Of a stretch of 31,348 bases of DNA, positions 17,402 to 28,591 are shown in pieces (position 1 is the first letter of the stretch; each line of letters begins with the position of its first letter). The stretch is from assembly GCA_014905635.1 (NCBI GenBank), contig JABVCE010000026.1, positions 496,001 through 527,348 on the forward strand, in the 5' to 3' direction. Made by a program: the position numbers and the translations under genes. Source of the DNA: Scenedesmus sp. PABB004. Lineage: Eukaryota. Under the pieces are notes generated by a model. The model saw only the letters and a list, made by a program, of their open reading frames with translations. It was not told the origin of the DNA and ran no database searches.

Positions 17402-20400
17402 TCAGTCCAGCGCATAGAGCAGCGAGGCCGGCGGCGGGCCGCTGACCGCGGCGCGCCCGCACGCCTTGGCGGGCCCCGGCAGCACGACCGTCGCCGCCGC
17501 GTCCGCGCAGTCGGCGTCCAGGGCGGCCTGCTCCTCGGCCGCGCCGTCGTCGCCCACCTGCCCCGTGGCCGGTGCGGGCTGCGCGCGCCCTGCCGCCTGC
17601 ACGCCCTGCACGCCCCCCTGCGCGCCCTCCGCGCGCGCCACCGCGGCCTCGGCCCGCCGCGCCGCGCGCGCCGCGCGCCCCGTGCGCTCCTGCTGCAGCT
17701 TGCTGAGCAGCCACATGTCCTCCATCCGCTCCACCACGGGCAGCAGCGGGTTCGCCTGGCGCGCGGCGCGGCGCGGCGCGGCATCAGCCCGTCGCTGCCC
17801 AGCACGCGGGCGGCGCGCGGCGTCAGCCCGTGTCGCTGCCCAGCGCGCGCGCCCACCTTGACGAGCTCGGCCTCCGCGGCGCTCAGCCCCGCCAGCGGGC
17901 CCGCAGGCGCCGCCTCGGCCGCCTCCGGGGGTGGCTCAAAGCCCTCCAGGCTGCCGTCAACGGCGGCAAAGGCGTCGCGCGCGACCGCGCCCCACCACGC
18001 CACCCGGTCCTGCACCGGCGGCGGCCGCCGCTGCGCCGCGGCCGGCGGGTCGCCGCCGCCGGCGCGCGGCGGCGGGCCCGGCGGGTGCACGTGCGCGACC
18101 TGCGGCGCCGGCGCGCGCGCGAGGGCCCCGCGGGGCGTGGGCTCAGGATACGGGCGCGGCGGCGCGGCGTGCACTGTGCGCCCGCTGGCGGTGCGGCGCG
18201 CGGCGCGCGCACCAGTACCGAGAAGGGGCTGCCGCGCAGGTGACGCCCCGGGGCGGTCATGACCTCCAGCACGTACCGCCCCGGGGCGGCGGGCGCGGTG
18301 TAGCTGCCGTCGAAGCGCGCGCCGCCGGCCGGCGCAAACACGACGGCCGCCGCGGGCAGGGTGTTGGTCCCCAGCAGCTGGGCCTGGCGGCGAGCGCAGC
18401 AGCCGGGCGGCGCAGGGCGGCGTCACGCCGCAGCCGGCTGCGGCTGGCCATCGGCTCCGTGCGGGGGTGCCGCGGCGGCGCGGCGCCAGCGGGCGGACCT
18501 GCAGCGCCGGCAGGGGCAGGGGCGCCGCGCCGCCTGGCGCCGCCGGCGCGCACTCGTTGCCGTGCGCGTCGCGGAGCGTGACCTCGAAGCTCGCGGCCGC
18601 GCCCGGCGCCACGGCGCGCGCGCCGGCGCCCGTCACGGAGCTGTGCCGCGCTGAGGGAGGCCCCGGCAGCACCAGCACCGGGTACGGCGACTCACCCACG
18701 TGCTCGCCCTCGCCTGCGGCGGCCCGCGCCGGCGCGCCGCGCGGGCGTCGGCGGCGCGTGGGCGGCGGCGGGGCGGCGCGCCGCACCCGGGCGCGGGCCG
18801 GCGGCCGGCCAGGCAGCCGCCGCACCGCTCAGGACGTGCAGGTCGAACTGGCCCGCGGCCGTGTGGGACCAGCTGCAGACGTACGTGCCGTCGCCCTCGT
18901 CGTGCACCTCGCCCTCGGCGACCGCGGTGACGACCTCGCCCTCGTGCGCCCAGCCCTCGGCGTCCGGCGCCCAGCCATCGGCCTTGTCGCCGTTGGCGCT
19001 CGCCGCCGCCGCCGGCGGCGGCAGCGCGGCGCGCGCCGCCGCGGCGAGCGGCGGCGCTGCGCCGCAGGGCCTGCCCGGGACCAGCAGCACGGCAAACGCG
19101 TCGCCGCCGGACAGGCGCGGGTTGCCCGCCTCGTCGCGCGCCTGCGCGAGGGGGCACCAGGGCGGGCGGCGGCGGCGGCGCCTCAGCGCCGCTGCGGCCC
19201 CCGCCTTCGACGGAGCTCCCTCGGCCTGCAGCTGCGCCGCGGGGGGCGGACCTTGATCGTGAACTCAGCGCGCCGGCCCGCCACGGCGCGCGCGAGGCCC
19301 GGCCCGCGCAGCCGGCACAGCGACGGCTCCGCCGCGCTCTGCAGCCACGCGCCGTCCTCCCAGCGGCCCCGGAAGGCCGCGCCGTCGGCAAACTGCATCA
19401 CGCCCTGGCCGTGGCGCCGCCCCGCGCGCCACGCGCCCGCGTACCTGGCGGCGGCGGCGGCGGCGGGCGCAGCGGGCGGGCGCGTGGGCGGCGCGCGCCC
19501 GCCGGGGACTGGACTGAACTCGCGCGGCGGCTGGCGGCCTGCGGCACACCGTCCGCCGTCGGCGAAGAGTGCCGCGCCCTGGCCCTCGCGCGCGTCGTCG
19601 GCCCAGCCGCCCTCGTAGCGCTCGCGGCGCAGCGCGCCGTCGGCGGGCGGCGGGCCCAGCCACGTGCCGCGCCCGTGGCGCCGGCCCGCGCGCCACTCGC
19701 CGACGTACGTCTCGCCGCTCGGCCAGCGCGCCCGGCCTGCGCGGCGGCGGCGGCGGCGGCGCGGAGCAGGGCGGGCGGGCGGTCGGCCGCGCGCGCGTGC
19801 GCGGGGGACGCGCGTCCCCCGCGCGCGTCCCCCGCGCGCGCGTCCAGCCGGGGCGCGGGCTCACCCGCGCCGTGCGGCGCGTCGTCCGCCCACGCGCCGT
19901 CGTACGTGTAGCCGTCGCCCAGCACCACGCGGCCCTGCCCGCTCCGCGCGCCGCGGTCCCAGCCGCCCTCGTAGATGCTGCCGTCGCCCCACGCGCACCG
20001 CCCCTGCCCGTGCCGCGCGCCGCCGGCCCAGGCGCCTCGGTACTCCCACCCCGGCCCCGCGCGCGTCGCCTCCTGCCGCCCCGCGCCCTGCCCGTGGCGC
20101 TCGCCGCCCTCGAAGCTGCGGGCGGCGGCGCGGCGGCGCGGCGCGCATGCTGCGCAGCGCGCCCGGCGGTGGCGCGCAGCACGCCCCAGCCGCGGCGGGC
20201 CCGGCCGGCCCAGTGATTTGCAGAGAGCTCGGCGAGCCGTCGCCGCCGCACCTGCCCTCGTAGGTGTGCTCAAGCGCGCCCCCCGGGCCATAGAGCACGA
20301 GCGTGCCGCGCGTGCGCTGCCCCGCGTCGTAGCCGCCCTCGTAGTAACCCGCGCCGCCGGCAAACGTCCAGCGCCCCGAGCCTGCGCCCGCGCCCGGCAG

Positions 20401-21231
20401 CGTGCGGCCGCGCGCGTCAGGCCCCGCCGCATGCCGGCTCGCGCCCGCGCCCGCCGCCGCGCCTCCACCCGTCGGGCCGGGGGCGCACCGTGCGGCCGGT
20501 CGCCGGCCCACTCGCCCTCGTACGTCGCGCCATCGGCGGCGCGCAGCACGCCCCAGCCGCAGCGCTCGTCGTCGCGCCACTCGCCGTCGTAGGTCGCGCC
20601 ATCGGGGTACGCCGCGCGCCCGGTGCTGCAAGTGATGGGGTCGGCCGCGCGCGGGCGGCTGGGCGGGCGGCTGGGCGAGCCAGCCCGCCGGACCTGTCCC
20701 CCAGCTGGCGAGCTGGGCGAGCTGGACGCTGGGCGAGCCAGCCGCACCCGTTGGCCTTGTCCCCGCGCCACGCGCCGTCGTACGACAGGCCGCCGGCCTT
20801 GGTGAACACGCCTCGCCCGCAGCGCTGGTCGGCCTCCCAGTCGCCCGCGTAGGTGTCGCCGCCAGCGGTCGTGTGCGTGCCCCGGCCCTCGCGCAGGTCG
20901 CCGAGCATTCCGCCGGCGTAGCTGTCGCCGTTGGCGTAGGTCACGCGCCGCTCCACGACGGCCAGCGGCGGGCTGCGGCGCGGGCGCGGGCGCTGGCGCG
21001 GTCGGCTGGCAGCGGCGGCAGCGCGCCAGCGGCGGGCGCTGCGGCGCGGGCGCGGCGCGGTCGGCTGGCAGCGGCGGCAGCGCGCCGCGCCGCGGGCGCT
21101 GCAACGCACGCTGCCTCGTCCCAGGCTGGTCCGAGGCCGGCCTCGTCCTCGGCGGCCACGCGCGCGCGGAGCGTCGAGAGCCAGGCCTGCATGTCGGCGC
21201 GCTTCGCTGCTGCGCCCGGCGGAGGAGCCAT
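17402..21231 (-). CDS. MORN-repeat protein with two filamin/ABP280-type Ig repeats; 12 exons
   Basis: About a dozen YxGxWxxxxxxGxG repeats (e.g. [42 protein letters not shown]). These are followed by [29 protein letters not shown]...[11 protein letters not shown]...GESPYPV and [29 protein letters not shown]...HLRGSPFSV. All introns are GT-AG and in phase. Confidence 0.85.
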
Positions 21232-21462
21232 GGCGCCTGCAGCTGCCCGCGCAGCGCGCGTGGGAGTCTGGGATGGCCAACTGGAGCTCCCAGTCCGCGT
21301 GCCAGGGCAAGGGAGCGCAGGACGGTTGTTCTTTTTGCCCCCACCGCCCAGCCCACCGCGTGAGCTCCCGCCGGCCTCCGCGCAGCGCCGTACACCTGAG
21401 ATCGGGCTAGTAGAGCAGTGCTGCGGCCCGCGTCGGCGCGACTCAGCCTGACCAACCCACGC
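21232..21462. promoter_or_regulatory. Putative bidirectional promoter between the MORN-filamin and DnaJ-ferredoxin genes
   Basis: The divergent start codons are only 231 bp apart, and the spacer is locally less GC-rich. Confidence 0.55.
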
Positions 21463-23133
21463 ATGCTGCGCCTGGGGGCCGAGCCGCGCCTGCAGACGGC
21501 CACCGGCATGGGAGGCGCGCCGCGGCCCGGCGCGCGGGCCGTGCGCGGAGGCAGCAGCAGCAGCGGCCTTGCAGCCGCCCGCTGGCGCCCTGCGACCCCG
21601 CCAGCGGCCCCCTGCGCGGCGTGCGGCGTGCCAGAGCTGCCTCTTTCCTCCTCCGCCGCTGCCGGGGCGCCGCGCCGCTCGCGCCGCTCGGCGCCGCGCC
21701 GCCCGCTGCTGCCGCCGCCCCGCGCGGCCGCGCCGAGCGCGGCCGTCGCCGAGGAGGCGGCGCTCGGCGACGCCGACAACTTTTACGACATCCTGGGCGT
21801 CCCGATCAACGCCGGCGAGCGCGGTGCGGCGGCGGCGCTGACGCGGGCGCGACCGGCGCCTGCTCGCTCCGCACGGCGCTCGCCCCGACGCCGCCGCCGG
21901 GCCGCCCGCCGCTGCGCCGCCGCAGACATCAAGCGCGCCTACAAAGCGCTAATGAAGGACTTTCACCCAGGCGAGCGCCGGCGGCAGCGCCGGCAGCGCC
22001 GCCGGCAGCGGGCGCGCGGGGCCGCGCGCCGACCCGCGCCCGCGCCCGCGCCCGCCCCGCCGCGCGCAGACCTGTCTGGGGACGATGAGTCCACCGAGTT
22101 CTGCATGCTGCTGAACGAGATATACGACGTGAGCCCCGCGGCGGCAGGGCGGAGTCGCCGGCGACGCCCGCGCTCCCACCCCACGCCGCGCCGCCGCGCG
22201 CGCGACGCTGACGGCGGCGCAGACGCTGATGGACCCCGACCGGCGCGCGACGTACGACGCCCTCGCCGGGTTCAGCGCGGACAGCATCAACCCGTTTGCG
22301 GACAGCAGCCTGCCCGCGGACCAGGTGTTTGTCGATGAGTTCACTTGCATCGGCTGCCGCAACTGCTGCGCGGTCTGCCCCTCGACGTTTGAGATCGAGG
22401 TGCGGCGGGGCGGGGCGCCGTGCAGCGCGCGCCGCGCGGCGCACGCCTCCGCCCCGCTGGCGCCGACCGCCGCCGCCGGCGCTGCGCGCAGGACGAGTGG
22501 GGCCGCGCGCGCGTGATGCGGCAGGGCGTCGACAGCGAGGCAAAGCTGCGCGAGGCGGTCGACACGTGCCCGGTCGACTGCATCAGCTTCGTGACCGCCT
22601 CGCAGCTCTCGCTGCTCGAGGCCGCGATGGCGCGCATGGAGCGTGTCGCGGTGTGGTCGCTCATGTCGGGCGGCGGCGGCGGGCGCGACGTGTTCACCGA
22701 GGCCTCGCTCGCGTGGGAGAAGCGCCAGGCGGTCGTGCGCGCGAAGCTGCAGGAGCAGCAGGACGCCGCGGCGTGGGCCGGCGCGGCGTGGGGCTTTGGC
22801 GGCTGGGGCGGCGGCGGCAGCGCCGGCGCCAACATGTACGCGCAGGCCGCCGAGGCGGCGCGCCGCGCGGCGGCGTCCGCCTCCGCGTCGGGCAGCTACG
22901 ACGGCGGCGACGGCGCCGGCGACGGCGCGGGCGCCGGCGGCGCCGGCGACGGCGACGCGGGCGGCGACGGCAAGACGGGCGCACGCATCGCGACGCTCGC
23001 GGCGCGCGCCGCGCGCGCCAGCCGGCAGATGCGGGCGTGGCAGGAGATGCAGGCGCGCAGCCGGCGCATGGCCGACGGGCGCCTGCTGACGGCGTCGTCC
23101 GCGTCGGCGACGTCGTCCGAGGACGTCGCCTGA
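21463..23133 (+). CDS. Chloroplast DnaJ-like protein with a 4Fe-4S ferredoxin domain (CDJ3/4/5 / DJC76-77-82 type); 5 exons
   Basis: Exons 21463-21823, 21926-21970, 22070-22128, 22223-22399, 22492-23133. Arg/Ala/Ser-rich transit-like N-terminus; J-domain NFYDILGV...[16 protein letters not shown]...[11 protein letters not shown]; ferredoxin [19 protein letters not shown]...[10 protein letters not shown]. Alternative start at 21508. Confidence 0.92.
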
Positions 23134-23549
23134 GGGAGGACGCCGTGGCGCCCGGCTGAGAACCGCCCTCCAAACCCTCCCAAACTCCTGGGACCCGCCT
23201 GCTGTGGAGCGAGCGAGCGGTGAGCGCGGCTGTGTGCTGTTGTTGCTGTGAGGCGGTGGGCGCGGCGTGCGGCTCGGGAGAAGACCGAAACGTGTACACT
23301 AGGGCGCGGCGCGTGCCGCGGCGGCGCGTGCCGCTGCAGCATGAGTTTTTGGGTGAAAACGCAAACCGCAGTCGGTTTGGTTGTCGGAGCTGTGGCGGTG
23401 TGGTGTGAGTGACGTGTCGGCAGAGCTCGTTTGGGACTGGTGCCGCTGAAACAGACCACGCCGCGAGCGGCGCGGTGTGCCTGCGCCGGCGCGGCAGCGG
23501 CGGCGGCGGGTGCTCTCCGATCGTCCGCCATGGCCTCCTGCAGCTCACG

Positions 23550-25633
23550 ATGACGGCGCCGCCCTCCCGGCCCTGGGCGCGCTGGGGCGGCGCGGCCCGG
23601 CCGGTGCCGGCAGCAGTGCGGCAGCAGCATCCCGGCCGCCCCGGGCCCGCAGCGCGCGTGCGGGGCGCCAGGCCCGCCGCGCCGCCCGGGATCGATGCCG
23701 AACCCGCCTCGGCTGCGCTCAGGGCCGCCCCCGGCACCGCCGCGGCGCCCGGTCGCGGCGGCGGGCCAGGCGGCGGCGGAGCGCTGCTGATGCGCGGCCG
23801 CCGCGGCGGCGTGCTGCCCGACCCGGCGCTGCTGGCGGCCGTACGTGGCGCAGAGACCTGGTGGGACTGCCAGCGCCTGCTGGCGGCGCGCCGGGGCGAG
23901 CTGGACGCGATGCTGTTCAGCACGCTGGTCGTGCAGACCGCCCACGCCGTGGGCGCCAGCCGCGGCGGCGGCGGCGGCGGCGGCCGCGATCGCAGCGCCA
24001 GCACCAGCAGCACCAGCAGCAGCAGCGCCAGCACCAGCAGCACCAGCAGCGGCAGCAGCAGCAGCACCAGCAGCAGCCGGCGCGCCGACGGCGGCGACGC
24101 GGCCGCGCTGACGCGCTACGTCGCGGCGCTGGGCGAGGCGTCGCTGCTGCTCGTCGCGACCTTCCGCGCGCAGCAGTTTGCCGCGGTCGCGTGGGGCCTG
24201 GCCAAGTGCGGGTTCGTGCCCCAACCCGCGTGGACGCGGGCCTACCTGGCAGCGGTGCGGGGTGGTGCTGGCCGCGCAGCGCGCCCCCGGGCGCCGGCCC
24301 CGCGCCGCGCCGCCGCCGCATGCCGACGCCGCGCCGCCCGCCCGCCCGCCGCGCGCAGGCGGAGCGCCAGCTCACGCGCTTCCCTCCCCGCAGCCTCGCG
24401 CAGCTGGCGTGGGCGCTCGGCGCGATGCGCGCGCCGCCGCCGCGGGGCTTTGCCGCCGCGTTCCTGGCCGAGAGCGGCGACCGGCTGGGCTGCTTCGCGC
24501 CCATAGACCTGGCGCAGACGCTGTGGGCGCTCGCGGTGCTCGGCCTGCCGCCGCCGCCGGACTGGCTCGACGCGGCGCTCTCGGCGTGCGCGGCGCAGTG
24601 GCGCGCCTTCCGGCCGCAGGAGCTCAGCATCGCGCTGTGGGGCCTCGCGCGCCTGGGCGCACGCCTGGCGCCCGAGCCGGCCCGGCCCGCGCTCGGCAGC
24701 GCAGTCGCGGGCCTCGACGCGCCCGCGCTCGCCGGCCTGCTCGCCGCCGCGGGCGCCGCCGCGCCGCGCATGGCGCCGCAGCACGCCTCCAACCTCGCGT
24801 GGGCGCTCGCGGTGGGGCGGGCCGACATGGCGCCGGCGCAAGTGCAGGTGCGCGGCGGTGCGGCGCAGCCGCACTGCGACGCCGCAGCGCGGCGCAGCCG
24901 CGCGGCTCGCCCGACCGCGGCCGGCGCCGCGCTCACGCGCGCTCGCCGCCGCGCAGAGCCTGGCGGACGTGGCGCTGCTGGTGCTGGAGCGGGCGGAGCT
25001 CGGCGCCGGCGAGGGCGGCGCCCGCGACGCGCGGCAGCACCAGGCGCTGGCGGTCGTCGCGTGGGCGCTCGCGCAGCTGCGCTGGGTGCCGAGCGCGCGC
25101 CAGGCGCAGAGGGTGGTGCGCGTCATCTCTGCGGCGGCGGCCGAGCCCGGCGCGCTGTCGGCGCGCCAGGCGGCGACGCTGGTGTGGAGCCTGGGCCGGC
25201 TGCGCCTGCGGCCGGACGAGGGCTGCATGCACGCGCTGCTGCGCCGCGTGGCGGCCGGGCTGCCGCGCGCGGCGCCGGCGGACGCGCTGCAGGCGCTCGC
25301 GGGCTGCCGCGCGCTGGGCTGGCGCCCCAGCCGCGCCTGGTGGGACGGCTTTTACGCGGCCACGCCCGCGCTGCTGGCGCGCGCATCGCTGCCCGAGCTC
25401 GCGCGCCTGCTGGCGGCCGCCGCGGCGCTGCGGCCGCTCAAGCCCGGCGGCGCGTGGCGGGCCGCGTTCTGGGCGTCGGCGCGGCGCGAGCTGGACGCGG
25501 CGCTCTGCGCGCGCGGCCTCGTGCGCGTGCGCCAGCTCGCTGCCGCCGCGGCCGACGGCGGCGCGGGCGCCAGCGCAGCGCGCCGGCGCCGGCAGCTGGG
25601 CAGCGCGCTCGGCAGGCGGCGCGCCGCGGCGCC

Positions 25634-25664
<31 letters not shown>

Positions 25665-26219
25665 GCAGCGCGGCTGCGCGCGGCGCGCCGCGCGCGCGGC
25701 GCCGCCGGCGGCCCGCCCAACACGCGCGCCGAGCGCGCCGCCCTGGCGCGCGCGCGCGCCGCGCTCGGCGCCAGCCCCGGGCCCTGGGCGCTGCTGCGGC
25801 GGCACGCCGCGGCGCTGGACGACCTGCACGCCGCCGCGCGCCCGGCGCCGCCCGGCGCGACGCCGGGCGGCGCGGCCATGCGGCTGGTGTGGGCCTGCGC
25901 GGCGCTGCGCGTCGGCGCGCCGCGCAAGGCGCTGTGGCAGGCGGTGCTGCTGGCGCTCGTCGACGCGCGCGCGCTCAGCGCCGGCCAGCTCGCCGCGCTT
26001 GCGGGCGCGCTCGCGGCGCTGACCGAGCGCGGCGCGCGCCGGGGCCGCCGCGTCGGCTGCCACACCCTGGCCAAGCTGCTGCTGGTCGCGGCGCAGGCGC
26101 GGCTGCACACGGGCGCCGCGGGGCGCGGCGCGCCGCGCTGTGCGCTGCGCGCTGCTGTCAAGCGCCTCGCGCAGGCGGCGGGCGCCAAGCACCTGCTCGC
26201 CCTCGCCTGGCGCGCGTGA
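23550..26219 (+). CDS. Octotricopeptide-repeat (OPR)-type helical-repeat organellar RNA-binding protein; 3 exons
   Basis: Exons 23550-24254, 24359-24847, 24957-26219, all phase 0. ~38-aa repeats such as FAPIDLAQTLWALAVLGLPPPPDWLDAAL, FRPQELSIALWGLARLG and MAPQHASNLAWALA; PPPDW resembles the OPR PPPEW signature. The start position is uncertain. Confidence 0.82.
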
Positions 26220-26843
26220 CGGGGGGACTCAATTATCGGCAAGGGACCTCGAGGGGGGGAGCGGCGGCGCTGAGAGACGCGCCGCTGTCGCCGCCAAACG
26301 GCAAGCCCAGGTCTTTGCGCCTGCACCCGCCGCCGCCGCCGTCGGCGCCCGCCCGCCACTCGCGCCACGAGCGCACCAGCACCCGCGTCGTCGGGCGCCC
26401 AGGGCAACAGCTCGAGCCACAGCAGCACAGCACAGCCGCAGCACAGGCAGCGCGACTGCCCGCCAGCGGCGCGGTGTGGACGGGGAGTGAGCAGGCGGCG
26501 ACGTCTCGCGCGCCCATGGGCCGCAGCAGCGAGCGGAGCGTGCGCAGGAGGGCGCCGCGAGGATGCGCGCTCGCCCGCGCGTGCCAGGCGCCGCAGCCGC
26601 TGCAGACGGCCGCGCTTACCGCTGCCCTCGCGCGCTGGCGCCGCGCCCGGGCGACAGGTGCGCCGTTGCGGCGCCCCGCCGCTGCCGCGCCCGCCGCTGC
26701 TGAGCCTGCGCACCAGGCGACGCCGCGCGCGCCGCCCCCTCCCCCCCCCCCCGCGCCTCCCTGAGCGGCCCCGCTGCTTCCGTTCCCACTGTGCGCTTCA
26801 GCAGGCCCGCGAGCATGACCAGTTGCTGAGGGCCGGGCGCATC

Positions 26844-26888
26844 ATGTCGCACAGCGCGGGCAGCAGCGGCGGCGGCGGCGGGGCCGCG

Positions 26889-26920
<32 letters not shown>

Positions 26921-28506
26921 GCCGCGCCCCGCCAAGCGCTTGCGTGAGGCCTCTGGCGGCGAGGCCGCGCAGGAACCGGCCGGCGGGCAGGGCGGCGGCG
27001 AGCCCCGACAGCCGCGCACGGGCGGGCGCTCAAAGCGGCAGCGCAGCGGTCAGAGGGTGTTCGCACCGACCCACCTCGACCTGCGGCTCGCGCTGCTCAG
27101 CCAGGACGCAGAGGACGACGAGCCGGACGGTGGGGCGGACGGCAGCGGCGGCAGCGCGGGTGGTGGGGCGCAGCAGGCGCAGGCGGCGACGGAGGCGGGC
27201 CAGCAGCGGCGGCCTCAGGAGCAGCAGCGGCTGGAGGCGCCGCTCGCCCCTCCCGCGGAGCTGCCGCAGGAGCAGGAGCAGCAGCAGGAGCCGGAGCCGC
27301 CGCCGCAGCCGGAGCCGCCGCCGCAGCCGGAGCCGCCGCCGCAGCCGGAGCCGCCGCCGGAGCCGCGGCGCCTGAGCGTCGGCCAGGCGCTCAGCCGGCT
27401 GCTCGGCGACGGGCCACCGCCGCAGGCACAGGCGCACGCACCGGCGGCGCAGCCCAGCCCGCGGCCGGCGCGCGCCGCGCGGCAGGGGCGTCAGGCGGCG
27501 GCCTCGCCCAAGCAGCCGCCGCAGCGGCCGTCGCGGGGCCGCAGGCCGCGCAGGGACGCGGCGCCGCTGCCCGTCGAGGCGGCAGGCGGGAGCGGCGCGG
27601 CCGCGGCGCCGCCGGACGTGCTGACGCCGCCGGAGCCGCCCGGCGCGAGCGCCCCGGCCGCCGCGGTGGCGTCGAGCACGCCGGCGGCGACGCCCGCGCC
27701 TGCGCTCACCTCGCCGGCCGCCGCGCCCGCCGCGCCGGCGGCGCCGGGCAGCATCAAGAAGCGCACGCTCGCGCAGGCGCTCGCGCAGTGCCGGGCGGCG
27801 GCGGCGGGCGGCGCGGCGCCGCCCGGACGCGGCGCGGACGGCGGCGCGCCCGGCCCCAACACGCCCACCGCCGCCGGCGGCGCCAACGCGGCGCAGGCCG
27901 CCCAGGCCGGGCAGGGCGCCGCCGGGGGGCAGGCAGAGCCCAGCGCGGGGCGCAGCGGCGTGGCGACGCGCCTGGCGGGCATCGTGACGGGCGCTGCTGC
28001 TGAGCCGGCGCTGGGGCAGGGCCCCGAGGGCGATGGCTATCGGGACCTGCTGCTCGGCCTGCTGCACGGCGCCCGCAAGCGCCTGCGTGGCGCGAGCCCG
28101 GGCGCGGACGCGGACGCGGCGGCGCCTGGCGCCGGCGGCCACGGCTCAGGCTCGCCACCCGGCAGCCCGGGCGCCGGCTCTGGCGGCGGCGCCGGCGACG
28201 GTGGCGGGGCGCGCCGCGCGCTGGCGCTGGCGCCGTCGGACAGCCCCGCCGCTGCGCTCGAGCAGCTGCAGGCGCGCCAGCAGGCGGCGGTGGAGCGCGA
28301 GTGGCGGCGCCGCTACGAGGAGGAGCAGGCGCAGGCGGCGGGCGAGCGGCGGCGGCAGCAGGAGCAGGAGCTGGAGGCCTGGCGGCGCCAGGCGCCAGCA
28401 GCGTGGCGGCAGGCCAGCCCGCCGGCGCCGGAGCGGCAGCGCGCGCGCGGCGCGGCGCCCGCGCCGGCGGGCGACGGCGGCGCCTCGCCCCGCCACGCGC
28501 CGCGCC

Positions 28507-28591
<85 letters not shown>

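Noticed and set aside
20941..21231. Apparent frameshift or premature stop in the first MORN exon
   Set aside because: Resolved by a canonical GT-AG intron at 21109-20973.
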